A stretch of 64,000 bases of DNA from Acidobacteriota bacterium (lineage in GTDB: Bacteria > Acidobacteriota > UBA6911 > RPQK01 > JADFOI01), in assembly GCA_963663035.1 (NCBI GenBank), contig OY760074.1, positions 3,360,001-3,424,000 on the forward strand. Reading direction: 5' to 3'. A program made the translations under genes and the position numbers. Position 1 is the stretch's first letter, and every line of letters starts with the position of its first letter. This document shows, one piece after another, positions 47,395 through 57,126 of the stretch. The notes beneath the pieces were generated by a model. It made no database searches, was not told where the DNA came from, and saw only the letters and a program-made list of their open reading frames with translations.

Positions 47395-48930
47395 CGAATT
47401 GCCTCATCAAGAATCTATCCGAAAGGGCCCCGTTGCCTCACGTAAAAATCTATTCGAAAGGGTATTGGTTGCCTCATTAAAAAATCTATCCGAAAGGGAT
47501 TGCAGGAAGGGGTGGAAAAAAGCACCAGCCAGAGGAGTGGCAAAGTCTTGTTCAACACCCGCAGCCTGTAGCCAGAGAAAGATTTTCACATCCAGCCCGC
47601 TTCGCATCGTTTCTTCTGTTCAGGAGTCAGTTTGAGTAAAAGGCAATTCTGAAGCCAGCCGATCTGCCGTGCCAGCTGGGCTGGATTGAGCTCCTCATAC
47701 TCTTGGGCCAGTTCCCGCTTGATCTTGTCCGCCACCTCAGGGGACTGGCAGATCCGCCGGTAGGGAGTTCTGGGCACATCATACGTTTTCCAGATCCGAG
47801 ACCCTCGACGTTGCTTGGCCACCATCTTCATGACCGGCTTGAAAAAGTTGATCTGCAGTCGCAGCCGATCGTACAACTCGTTGACCAGTTCCAGTTCTCG
47901 CTCTCCCTCGTAGCGAGCATAACCCACGGCCCGCCGAACCACCGAATAGTTTTTCTGTTCCACATAAGGGTTGTCATTCTTGCGCGAGGGGCGGGTGCGG
48001 GTGAAGGTGATCTTGTGCTGCTCACAAAAACGAATCAAGTGTGGGTTGATGAACTCGCCGCCGTTGTCCGAAGCGATCCCCAGCCAGGGAAAGGCGAGCG
48101 CGCTTCTGCAGGAGCTTCATCGCTTCCAGGACCCACACCTGGGCCTTATTGCGCACCGCTCGCACCTCCGTCCAGCCCGTGTACACATCCGTTACATCCA
48201 GGGTTTGACAGTAATCCCCCCGCCCTATGCCTCCCTCATGGCCCACCAGGTCCACTTCCAAAAACCCGGGGCGATCCTCTTGCCAGTCGGCGAAACGCTT
48301 GATCGGAATCTGGTGTTTGAGCAGCGTCCCCGGCTTGGTCCCGGATCGCCCCTTGAGCTGATGCTTGCGCCTCTCGGGCTCCAGCAGCCGATCGATGGTG
48401 GCGGCGCTGATCTGGATCAACCGCTCTCGTGTCCTGGCATCCACTTTCAGCTCCCCATGTCTTTCTAAAATCGGCACCACTTCCGGCAAAATGGCCACCA
48501 GACGTTTCCCACACAAATAGTCCAGTATTTTCCAGATGATCTTGAGCGCCTCCACAACTTTCTGGTCGTATTTGCGGGCCCGCTGCCCACCACCTTTCTT
48601 GCCCACATCCCCCAGAGCCACCACTTTGGGGCTCAACCAAATCCGCTTGCCCTGGTGGCGAAGCAGATAGGCCCCATAGCAGCGGTTGTAGCCCGTCATC
48701 TCGGTAAACTCCGTCAGCACTTCCCCCTTCACCTTCTTGCGCTTCTTCCGGTAGCGGGGGGCAAAGCTTTTGATCAAGACACGCTTTTCGCTCATCGTTA
48801 ACCTCATGGGTGCCCTCCATTCCTTCATGGAGGACACTTCTATTCCCCTGCCTACGCACAGGCAATTTCGAATAGATTTTTAAATGAGGCAACGAATCCC
48901 TTTCGAATAGATTTTTGATGAGGCAATTCG
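47395..48930 (-). mobile_element. Insertion sequence with DDE (rve-type; IS481/ISNCY-like, family not certain) transposase
   Basis: Terminal inverted repeats CGAATTGCCTCATCAA.AATCTAT.CGAAAGGG. The TTGCCTCA..AATCTAT.CGAAA unit occurs 3x at the left end and 2x at the right end. Confidence 0.9.
47586..48807 (-). pseudogene. Frameshifted DDE transposase
   Basis: Starts MRLTMSEK at 48807; KPGTLLKHQIP, PGFLEVDLVGH; one extra base near 48099, then SDNGGEF and KNDNPYVEQKN. Confidence 0.88.
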
Positions 48931-48935
48931 TGTCC

Positions 48936-48968
48936 TTGACAAGCCCAGTCGTGATAACTAGACTGGGC
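48936..48968 (+). promoter_or_regulatory. sigma70 promoter just outside the IS right end, overlapped by an 8-bp inverted repeat
   Basis: TTGACA-N17-TAGACT (48936-48964); GCCCAGTC...GACTGGGC. Confidence 0.65.
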
Positions 48969-49002
48969 GCACCAGAAAAGAAGTCCAAACGACATGAGTA
49001 GA

Positions 49003-49106
49003 AATTGCCTCACTGCTTTGGCGAGATGTTTCCAACAAGAAACAGGAAAGAATTGGGAATTATGCTCTTCAATATGGTGCTCTTCAATAAGGAAGAGTGT
49101 GTCGAC
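49003..49106 (+). repeat. Left 104-bp inverted repeat of the cargo segment
   Basis: 102/104 identical to the reverse complement of 57018-57121; begins AATTGCCTCA like the IS termini. Confidence 0.95.
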
Positions 49107-49341
49107 TCACCGTGACCGCTAAGCAAGGTATAGCCCTGGCCACGGTATCGTTGCCATTCTCGTCTTCAAGGTCGCCGAAGAGTCTCCGGAGCATCAAGCG
49201 TTCAAGCTCAGAAACGTGGCCCGTGCTTTAGGCACCGATGACCCACCCAGCCCCATCGAACCCGTAACAGGCAGCGACGGTGAAATTGAACTGTTCGGAT
49301 CGGCGCCCCCTGTTGCGGCGTGCTTTTCTTACATGCACTGA
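49106..49341 (+). pseudogene. 3' remnant of a cohesin-like protein ending ACFSYMH-stop
   Basis: LTVTAKQGIAL / frameshift / HGIVAILVFKVAEE...GSDGEIELFGSAPPVAACFSYMH*. Aligns by eye with the C-half of 51811..52377. Not in the ORF track. Confidence 0.8.
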
Positions 49342-49569
49342 ACGACAACGGATCGGTTGGAAATGCGCTCAGCGGACCACTTGCCTTGGGCGAGACAGAG
49401 ACTGACTCTATCCACGCGAGTCAGCCGCCCGGGCAAGCTAGCCAGGAGTACAAATTTAAATTGGCCGTGTAGGCTATTCAGGGTGAGGAATATACATTCC
49501 CGGTGCGCTGAATAGAAGTAGAAAGTGGAGGTCAAGCGTTGTTGAGGTGTTCTATGAAGGAGGTGTTCT

Positions 49570-51285
49570 ATGAAGAAGGAGAGTTGGTTTTTTCGTAGGG
49601 TTTCGGTGTGGGTGTTTTCTTTCGTGAGCGTGGGTTTGGCTGGGGCTCAGAGCCTACCCCGGGAAGTGATCGCCTATGCCGACATGGTGTTGTACAACGG
49701 CAAGATTCTGACCGTCGATGAGCAGTTCTCGATCGCCGAAGCAGCAGCCATTCGAGATGGAAAGTTTCTGGCGGTAGGAGACAAGGAGAAAATCCTTGCC
49801 ATGGCGGGGCCCCAGACCCGGCGAGTGGACTTGCAGGGACGCAGCATGGTTCCGGGATTTATCGACACCCACCTGCACTCGGCCTTTCTCGGCAATATTG
49901 AAAAGGGTGGATTGCCGGTTAAGTTCAAGGATGTCGCCAGCGGTCTGGAGGAGATCCGACAGATCGTGGCGAAGTTTGCTCCGGGAGAGCCGGTTTACAT
50001 AAGAGGACCGAGCGTCAAACCCCTGGTGGCGGACGTCACTTTAGCCCAGCTGGATGCGGCTGCACCTGAGAACCCCATCTCCATTAGCTGCCAAAACAAC
50101 CAGGTGGTGGTCAACAGCTTGATGCTGGAAAAGGTTCCAGCCGATACGCCGGGTATCTTAAAAGACGCCCAAGGCAAGCCCACCGGTCAGTTGAGAGGAG
50201 GAGCGTCGGGAATTGTTCTCTATGAATTGAGACCCTGGCCGGATGTGGAAGGATTGGTGGTCAAACAGAAACAGGAGTTCAGGGCCTATCTGGCTCAGGG
50301 GCTAACCACCATCATGGGGATCGCCGAGGGTTTGTCGGTGTCCGTCTTCCGGGAGTTGTGGAAAGACGAAGAGCTGGAGCCGCGTGTGCGAGTGATCCAC
50401 GAGTTCTTGCGTCGAAATAGCAGCCCGGAAGCCTATCTGAAGCGAATTGGCAATCTGACCGACTTTGGTGACGACAAACTGAAGATCATGGGGGTCACGG
50501 TCCAAGTGGTGGATGGTTCCACCGGGCCCGGGTCGGCTCTGACCTCCAAGCCAAAGCTGAATTCGCCTTCCGGCGATCCGTACGGGCCGTACGGCCAGAA
50601 CAAGTGGGAGGAAACCGGTGACGTGGCCACCAGCGATCGCCGCAACATCATCCTGGGCAATCGCTATGGCTGGACCATTTCGGGCCTTCACAGCTCCGGA
50701 GACGTGAGCAACACCCTTTTGCTCGATGCTTTTGAAGAGGCGCATCAAGAGAAATCCCTGGTGGGCCGGCACTTTGGGATTGACCACGGCATGATGTGGA
50801 AAACGGAGCACTATGATCGGATCAAGGAGATGGACGTGGTTCCTAGTCTTTATTCCAAAGCGCTTTACAACAATGACAGTCTGGTTCAGATGTACGGGAT
50901 AGACCAGGTGTATACTTTCCAGCCAGTCAAATCCATGATCGCTGCCGGTATCAAACCGGCAGCGGAAGGGGACGCGCGCCCCCCTCACTCAGCTCCCCTG
51001 TTCAATATCACAAAGTGGATTACGCGAAGGGATGATCATGGTCGTCTCATCAATCCGGAGGAGAAGGTCAGCAGACAGGAAGCGCTTTACATGTACACGG
51101 TGTGGGCCGCTCGTTACAGCGGCGAACAGGACATTCTTGGCTCCATCGAACCGGGAAAGCTGGCTGATCTGGTCGTACTGGCGGGCGACTACATGACCTT
51201 CCCCGAAGATGAGCTGGACAAACTTCGGGTCTTGATGACGGTGGTTGGGGGTAAAGTCGTTTACGAGGTGTCCGGGGCTTTTTAG
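49570..51285 (+). CDS. Secreted amidohydrolase-3 (YtcJ-like), close paralog of 14935 and 16772
   Basis: Signal peptide, IDTHLH, LHSSGD, RHFGIDHGMMW, GSIEPGKLADLVVL. Confidence 0.92.
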   Translation: MKKESWFFRRVSVWVFSFVSVGLAGAQSLPREVIAYADMVLYNGKILTVDEQFSIAEAAAIRDGKFLAVGDKEKILAMAGPQTRRVDLQGRSMVPGFIDTHLHSAFLGNIEKGGLPVKFKDVASGLEEIRQIVAKFAPGEPVYIRGPSVKPLVADVTLAQLDAAAPENPISISCQNNQVVVNSLMLEKVPADTPGILKDAQGKPTGQLRGGASGIVLYELRPWPDVEGLVVKQKQEFRAYLAQGLTTIMGIAEGLSVSVFRELWKDEELEPRVRVIHEFLRRNSSPEAYLKRIGNLTDFGDDKLKIMGVTVQVVDGSTGPGSALTSKPKLNSPSGDPYGPYGQNKWEETGDVATSDRRNIILGNRYGWTISGLHSSGDVSNTLLLDAFEEAHQEKSLVGRHFGIDHGMMWKTEHYDRIKEMDVVPSLYSKALYNNDSLVQMYGIDQVYTFQPVKSMIAAGIKPAAEGDARPPHSAPLFNITKWITRRDDHGRLINPEEKVSRQEALYMYTVWAARYSGEQDILGSIEPGKLADLVVLAGDYMTFPEDELDKLRVLMTVVGGKVVYEVSGAF

Positions 51286-51490
51286 TAGGAATTTGCCACC
51301 CGGGCGGCTGCAGCAAGCAAGAAAGGGCTAGGGAATAAGACCGTCCCCCCTCTTAGCTGATTTGCCATTTTGGGATCAAACAATTCATCCAGAAATACAG
51401 GGGGAAAGGTCACAGTTTTCTGGGGTAGAGTGGAAAAGATTGGCCGGTCCATGGCTCGCCTATCCTCTAAGCAACTCTCCAGCAACCACA

Positions 51491-51589
51491 AGAAGAACAC
51501 TACAGACACAGCTTGGCCACTCAAAGGTTTCTACAACCGACGACATCTACACCCACGTGGAGGACAAGGAACTGGAGAAGACAGCTTCA
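51491..51589 (+). pseudogene. C-terminal remnant of a tyrosine recombinase/integrase
   Basis: LQTQLGHSKVSTTDDIYTHV matches the LGHxxxxxTxxYxH catalytic box; no upstream RH motif. Confidence 0.75.
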
Positions 51590-51810
51590 AGCAGTGAAAA
51601 AACTCCCCTTTGTTCCGGACAATAGCCACCTGGCAAGGATCTGTTTTCAGATGAGATCGTAGTCAAAACCCAGGGAGGTCGTTCTGAGTTTTACAGACAT
51701 TGGGGAGAACTGAGGGCCGAAGGATAACCCGTTTTGAGAGGCTGGTCATTCCAGAGGGAGAGTGACTTCGGTCCCACAGCGATCGGCGGCTGAAGTACCG
51801 TAAAGTGGGC

Positions 51811-52377
51811 TCAGTGCATGTAAAAAAAACAGGCTGGAATGGCTGGAATGTATCCCAAAAACAAAATGAAGCCGTCTTCGCCACCGACCTCCAGGAACTG
51901 CCCTTCCTTGGTCTCGGCCGTCTGCCTGAGATTTCGGACAGGAATACGGCTTCCAAGCTCGGTGCCCTCCGGAATCTCGAAGGTGAGTGTACACAACACC
52001 CCCTCCGGTAGGGCTTGCTCCGCACCGATGTCAATTGTAAGGATTTTATCTCCCTCTTCGGAGTCTCGTGTCCGAACGTTCAACTCGGCATGGGCGCCAT
52101 CACTGGCAGAGCCTTTTTGGAAGCTGATGAAGGAAATCTGTTCTGGCGAGTAGGCGATCTCGAGGGATATCTTGCTCACAGACGCCGCTTCCGGCGCGAT
52201 CATGGTGATCGGTATGTCCACCTGCTCACCCGGGCTGACGGTCGCGGTTACCTTCCCCACGTCCAGGTTCACCGGGCGTTCCAACTGGGGAAAGACGACG
52301 GCCCCGATGATAATCATCGGCCAGGGCATCAGGCCATATCTGTGCAAGTATCTCCTTCCGGAGAAGCTGGAAAACAA
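51811..52377 (-). CDS. Exported cohesin-like domain protein with C-terminal ACFFYMH tail; start uncertain
   Basis: Hydrophobic N-terminus; beta-rich PGEQVDIPI, LEIAYSP..ISF, GVLCTLTFEI pattern; 12 nt downstream of an amidohydrolase gene. Confidence 0.75.
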   Translation of the reverse strand: MFSSFSGRRYLHRYGLMPWPMIIIGAVVFPQLERPVNLDVGKVTATVSPGEQVDIPITMIAPEAASVSKISLEIAYSPEQISFISFQKGSASDGAHAELNVRTRDSEEGDKILTIDIGAEQALPEGVLCTLTFEIPEGTELGSRIPVRNLRQTAETKEGQFLEVGGEDGFILFLGYIPAIPACFFYMH

Positions 52378-52389
52378 ATCCTAGTAGGC

Positions 52390-54294
52390 TTACAGGGCCC
52401 CTTCCGCCTGGTAGACAATCTCTCCACCCACGACGGTCAAGAGCGTCTTTATGGTGTGTACTTCATCCGCCGGAATCGTGAAGTAGTCCTTGTCGATAAC
52501 GATGAAATCCCCAAGCTTTCCGGTTTCCAGCGATCCGATCTGGTCCTCTCGGAGCAACTGTTCCGCACCCCATATCGTGGCGGCCTTCATCAGGGTGATC
52601 CGATCCAAGGCTTCGGCCTGATTGTACAGGATGTCCTGATCCGGCATCCTGCGGGTCAAAAAGAACTCCAGAAAAGCCCAATACGAACCATCCCATTCAT
52701 CCGGGTAGTCCATATCCTTGGATTGCAGAGGAACCTTGGTGAGGTGGGCGTCCGTGTTGAATACGACATGGACCCCGGCCTTGACCAGAGTTCTAACAGG
52801 AGCGATCCATTTCATGTATTCTTCACCAAAAACGCTCAGGAAAATACCGCCTTTGCTCCAGGACCGGACCTGATATCCGTTGAAACCGGGCATGATTCCA
52901 TAGTACGCCATCTTCTGAGCCTGATCCGGACGGATGATCGGATTGTGATCAAGACTGATCCGGACGGCTTTGACCTCATCCAAGGTCACGTTTCCACTAC
53001 CGATGGCCTCTTCAATCAATCGGAACAAACCATCGTAAGTCCCGTCGGTATAGCCATGCAGGAATCCGATTCGCAGGCCTGATTCCAGCGCCGATCTGAC
53101 GTTCCGGTAGCCTGAAGACTGCTCGAAATTGATCTGGTCCGGACACGGAGTGGTCGTCCGGGTGACCGGCGGCGTCACTCCGGGTGGAGCCTCGGCCGTG
53201 GTACAACTAAAACCGTTGGGGCTCCGGTCCTCCCAGGTTTCATTGCTGACTCCGGCGTTCCAGATGTAGTCATTCCCGATTCCCCGGAAGTCTCCAAGAT
53301 ACCGGTAAATAGGACTGAAATCATCCTGCTCGCCGGGAGCCCCTCCCCCATATTTGGTGTTCCAGATGGTGCCCCACCACCAGGCCCACCGGGTGGGCAG
53401 TTCGCCCCTTTCGTAAAGCAGTCGGGTCGCCTTCATGATCGAAGGGGTGCCGTAGTAGTGATTACCGAAGGTGGTGATGCCCTGGGGTGCCACACAGGTC
53501 AGTAACTCTCGCTTCAGAAAGTCCGCCACCACCTCTGGCTTCTTCCGAAAGAGAATGTCATAGAGGACTCCGGTTCTTGCTGGCAGCTGGAACATCTCCC
53601 GTCCCAGCAGTCTGGTCATCTCTTGGGCGGCCAGGGTGTTGTTGACACTGGGAGCGATGGCGGTGTTGCCATAGACCATGGTGGGATTGTCGGGGGCAAG
53701 CCTGTCCAAAAATTCCTTGGTGATCGAACCCCCGATCATGGGCCAGGTGATGTTCCTGGATTCCGCCACGTCGTCTTTGGCAAACAAAACCACCCAAATC
53801 CACTTACCGGGACCGAGTTCCTGTGCCCGCTGCCTAATCACGCGTTCCAGGGAAGTCAGTAATTCCTGCTCGTTATCACCCGTGGCATAGACCATTTTCA
53901 GTTGGAGATCATTGTACCTGCGGGCCGTCTCCTCACCCTCAGCGCCCAGCCAGTGCTCTACAGCCCAAAGGTGGGGGTGAGTGTGACCGTCGATCAAGCC
54001 CGGCAGCACCCTCTTGCCCTTCACATCCAGGATGCGGGTACTGGGTCCGGACAGAAACAGGACGTCATCATTGCTTCCCAGGGCCAGGATTCTTCCATCC
54101 CTGACCGCCATCGCCTCGACTTCGGACATCGCTCTGTCCATTGTCGTGATCTTACCGTTGGTGACGATCAGATCCGGGTACGCATTCAATCTGTTGAGCT
54201 TCTCTGCCAGTACCGAGTCCTCTTGTGCCAGAATCGGAGTAGCAGAGAATAAGAAGATAAAAAGATATGCCAGCCTGTAAGCGGGGTTTTTCAA
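52390..54294 (-). CDS. Secreted amidohydrolase-3, divergent subtype
   Basis: GGAGG RBS with TTG start, signal peptide, YPDLIVTNGKI, IDGHTHPH, DHN, TDAH, GSLETGKLGDFIV. Confidence 0.9.
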   Translation of the reverse strand: MKNPAYRLAYLFIFLFSATPILAQEDSVLAEKLNRLNAYPDLIVTNGKITTMDRAMSEVEAMAVRDGRILALGSNDDVLFLSGPSTRILDVKGKRVLPGLIDGHTHPHLWAVEHWLGAEGEETARRYNDLQLKMVYATGDNEQELLTSLERVIRQRAQELGPGKWIWVVLFAKDDVAESRNITWPMIGGSITKEFLDRLAPDNPTMVYGNTAIAPSVNNTLAAQEMTRLLGREMFQLPARTGVLYDILFRKKPEVVADFLKRELLTCVAPQGITTFGNHYYGTPSIMKATRLLYERGELPTRWAWWWGTIWNTKYGGGAPGEQDDFSPIYRYLGDFRGIGNDYIWNAGVSNETWEDRSPNGFSCTTAEAPPGVTPPVTRTTTPCPDQINFEQSSGYRNVRSALESGLRIGFLHGYTDGTYDGLFRLIEEAIGSGNVTLDEVKAVRISLDHNPIIRPDQAQKMAYYGIMPGFNGYQVRSWSKGGIFLSVFGEEYMKWIAPVRTLVKAGVHVVFNTDAHLTKVPLQSKDMDYPDEWDGSYWAFLEFFLTRRMPDQDILYNQAEALDRITLMKAATIWGAEQLLREDQIGSLETGKLGDFIVIDKDYFTIPADEVHTIKTLLTVVGGEIVYQAEGAL

Positions 54295-54464
54295 GAAGCA
54301 CCTCCAGAGTCTGTATCCTATTCGAGGGAAACCTGGGTGTCAATCTTGCTTTTGACGGCTCGCTACGAGGGAGAGGGGAGTTTTGCCGGATTAAGGGACC
54401 GCTTGCGTCGCCCGCACCGCAACCCAAATCGAACGCCCGAAGCGGTGGAGTGGCAGGTTGTGGA

Positions 54465-54662
54465 GCTAGCCTCGACGACCTAATGAGAGTGATGTATCTC
54501 AAGTACGACCGAGCAGACAACAGGTACAGAACCGCAGACATTGCAGACGAGCTGAAGGCACTGACCGGCAAGGATTACTCAGACTTCCGTAGACGGTACG
54601 CACAAGGTCGAGAGATTTTCCCAGTTGGTCAATCTTCAGCCTTGGTGACCTGTACCTACTAA
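54465..54662 (+). pseudogene. C-terminal fragment resembling an M61 peptidase
   Basis: SLDDLMR.MY..Y...Y...DI...L..LTGKDYSDF..RY..G.E pattern with no N-terminal part. Confidence 0.5.
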
Positions 54663-55009
54663 ATATCTCTTCGTCAGCTCAGGGCCCGGGAATGGCGCCG
54701 ATCTGGGAGGGCCGTGTCTTCTACGGCCTGCACGACAAACTCAGAGAGGACATCCTCCGCTGGGGTAAGCACCAACCGTTTGGATGGCTTTTTTCTCATT
54801 GAACCCCCAAAGAAGAAAACGTTGAAGGACAACACCGCCGATGATAACGGGAAGCTGGTCCCAGTAGAAATGCTCTGGATCCCAGCGATCTACTGGCTCG
54901 CTTTTAACCCGAATTCCGTTGATCAATTCACGTTGTCGATGGCCTCTCCTTGACGGCGATAGTCGAACGTCTTCAGCACTCAGCGGCTAGGTGAGTTCCT
55001 GACACCGAA

Positions 55010-56056
55010 TCAATACTCGTTAAAGATGCGTTGGATCTCCCTGTGATCATTTGTTTTGGTAAGGGCCAACTGCAGCAGTATTCGGGCCTTGTAGGCGGGC
55101 AGGTTATCTCCTTCGATGAACTTATCGTTAGCACTGGGCGAAATTTGTGTGTTTCCACCGCCTCGGGCCGTACGAACCACAGGCAAGCCCCTGTCTGCAA
55201 GGGCTTCCAGGATTTTGCTCTGTTCAGGTGTGGGTCTTCCGTGGCTCGTGAAGCCGCTAAGGACGATGCCTTTGACATCCAGGTTCGCCACCGCTTCTAT
55301 CACTTTCGGGTCCGCATCAAAGTAAACAGAGACGACCTCCACTTTGGGAAGGTTCCCGTTAATCTGGTCCAGGCTGAACTCTGAATTCACAGTATGTCGC
55401 CTAGTAGGAGAGCGGTAAAAGGTTATGTTATTTCCCCCCACCAATCCCAGAAACCCGAAGTCCCAGGAACGAAATGCTCCCGGACGTCCACTCGTCTTTA
55501 CAACCTCCCGAGCTGCATTGATCGTTCCGTTATGGACGAGCAATGCTCCTTTGCCCACGGCTTCAGGAGAAAGCACCACTTTGATGGAATCAATGAAGTT
55601 GTAATCACCATCATTTCCCAGAGTTCCATGCATGCGCTGGGAGTTGGTCAAAACGATTGAGTTCGTGCTTTTCACGAGAAGGTTCAAAAAGTAAACGGTC
55701 TCTTCAGAAGCGACCGTCCCATGTGTCACGATCACTCCTTTTACTCTGGGTTCTTGGATAACTGTGTTGACGGTGCGCACGATATCCAAAATGTCGTTTC
55801 CAGAAAGTGCACTGCTCGCTACAGACCGAACGTTAATGACTTCAATGTCGACACTGTCCAAAAGAGCATGGGTTTCTGGAAACGCTTTTCGAATGTCAGA
55901 GATTATGGTTTCAAACTGAGGCCGCCCATCGATAGTATGCGCGATCGTCCCGCCCATTGAGACCACCTTGATCAACGGCCTTTCTTGTGCCTCTGGCGAA
56001 CACGCCGAGAAGAATGCTACCAGAGCCAATGAAAATAAAGTCTCTAATTTCACCAT
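55010..56056 (-). CDS. Asparaginase/glutaminase family lipoprotein with altered active-site motif
   Basis: Lipobox FSA-C, GGTIA, VTHGTVA (canonical HGTDT), SQR, KARILLQLAL, QRIFNEY. Confidence 0.88.
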   Translation of the reverse strand: MVKLETLFSLALVAFFSACSPEAQERPLIKVVSMGGTIAHTIDGRPQFETIISDIRKAFPETHALLDSVDIEVINVRSVASSALSGNDILDIVRTVNTVIQEPRVKGVIVTHGTVASEETVYFLNLLVKSTNSIVLTNSQRMHGTLGNDGDYNFIDSIKVVLSPEAVGKGALLVHNGTINAAREVVKTSGRPGAFRSWDFGFLGLVGGNNITFYRSPTRRHTVNSEFSLDQINGNLPKVEVVSVYFDADPKVIEAVANLDVKGIVLSGFTSHGRPTPEQSKILEALADRGLPVVRTARGGGNTQISPSANDKFIEGDNLPAYKARILLQLALTKTNDHREIQRIFNEY

Positions 56057-56125
56057 TATTCCTTCCCCTTCTTCATCAAGTGGACTGCTTAATACACTGG
56101 CTTTTTCAAGAGAAAATCAAAAGAT

Positions 56126-56847
56126 CTAAACGTCAAAGTAACTCTTCAGCTGTGTACTAAGGCAGTAATTCTGATCACAGTTCACCGTCTGCTTCGTATA
56201 CGTTTTTCCACCGACGATCGTGCAATCAACCGGCGACTCACTAATCTTCTCCTCGGGCACGGTCATATAGTCTCCACCCAGCACTACCAGATCCGCAAGC
56301 TTACACTCCTCAATCGATCCCACGACCTTCTCATCGCCGGAGTAGGCAGCACTCCAGATCATCGCCATGCGTAGGCCGTCCTCCCGACTGATCGCCTCGC
56401 GCGCTCCCCGGGCTGAGCCTTGCTCACCCCAGCCCGAATTTCTTCGAGGCACTTCTCCACGGTCTCACATGTCAGGCTGCCGCCGTTGACCATGCCGGCG
56501 CCGCGGGCAACTAGAAAATGACCATGGCAATGCGGATCGATGAATCCAGGAACCACACTGCGACGTTCAACATCGATCACCTGCTTCGCAGGCCCCTTCA
56601 AAGCCAGGATCTCCTGATTCGTTCCTTCTTTCAGAAAACGGCCGTCGCGGATGGCTACGGCCTCAACCATAGAAAACTGATCGTCAACAGTCAGAATTTT
56701 GCCGTTCTGAAGAATCAACTCCGGATAGCTCACGAGCTCCGCCGAGATCGATTGACCCGCCGTGTCGGTTGCCGTCGAGAAAACAACCCATAACACTGTT
56801 AACGACAAGGAGAAAATCCGCTTAGCTGTGCCGAATAATACCTTCAT
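56126..56847 (-). pseudogene. Amidohydrolase-3 gene with large internal deletion
   Basis: The N-part (signal peptide, YPELILQNGKILT, IDPHCH) is joined out of frame at ~56410 to the C-part (ISREDGLRM, GSIEECKLADLVVLGGDY). Confidence 0.85.
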
Positions 56848-57017
56848 CCGAGAATCTCCTTTCTTGTTGGCTCATTACAAGCCTCACAATCTCCTTTTTT
56901 GCTATCTGTTACTCCCTAAGCCCTAACTCCGAAATTTCTTCTCCATTCGATGACCCCTTTCTCTTTCGCAATGTTCTTGTTTGCTATTCTTGCTTCCCTA
57001 ATTCAACGACGTCAAAG

Positions 57018-57123
57018 GTCGACACACTCTTCCTTATTGAAGAGCACCATATTGAAGAGCATATTTCCCAATTATTTCCTGTTTCTTGTTGGAAACATCT
57101 CGCCAAAGCAGTGAGGCAATTCG
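57018..57123 (-). repeat. Right 104-bp inverted repeat of the cargo segment
   Basis: Ends TGAGGCAATTCG, identical to the IS right terminus. Confidence 0.95.
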
Positions 57124-57126
57124 GGC

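Larger units (their letters stand above)
49003..57123. mobile_element. Putative non-autonomous cargo transposon (8.1 kb) bounded by 104-bp inverted repeats
   Basis: Long near-perfect IRs with IS-like outer ends, located 72 nt from the IS; no intact transposase inside. Confidence 0.6.

Noticed and set aside
47395-47498. Three ~30-bp direct repeats resembling a mini CRISPR array
   Set aside because: The spacers are only a few nt, the units are mirrored at 48866-48930 and no cas genes are present. They are IS subterminal repeats.
48090-48105. Programmed frameshift in the IS transposase
   Set aside because: There is no slippery A-run at the site and the shift falls between the first two DDE residues; treated as an inactivating mutation.
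23829-53082. Long antisense ORFs (23829..24836 +, 31116..32108 -, 43887..44897 -, 52015..53082 +; also 1904..2881 -)
   Set aside because: They are shadows of well-supported genes on the opposite strand and have no recognisable motifs.
54663-55000. Short ORFs on both strands between the peptidase relic and the asparaginase-like gene
   Set aside because: No recognisable motif or RBS; probably decayed sequence.
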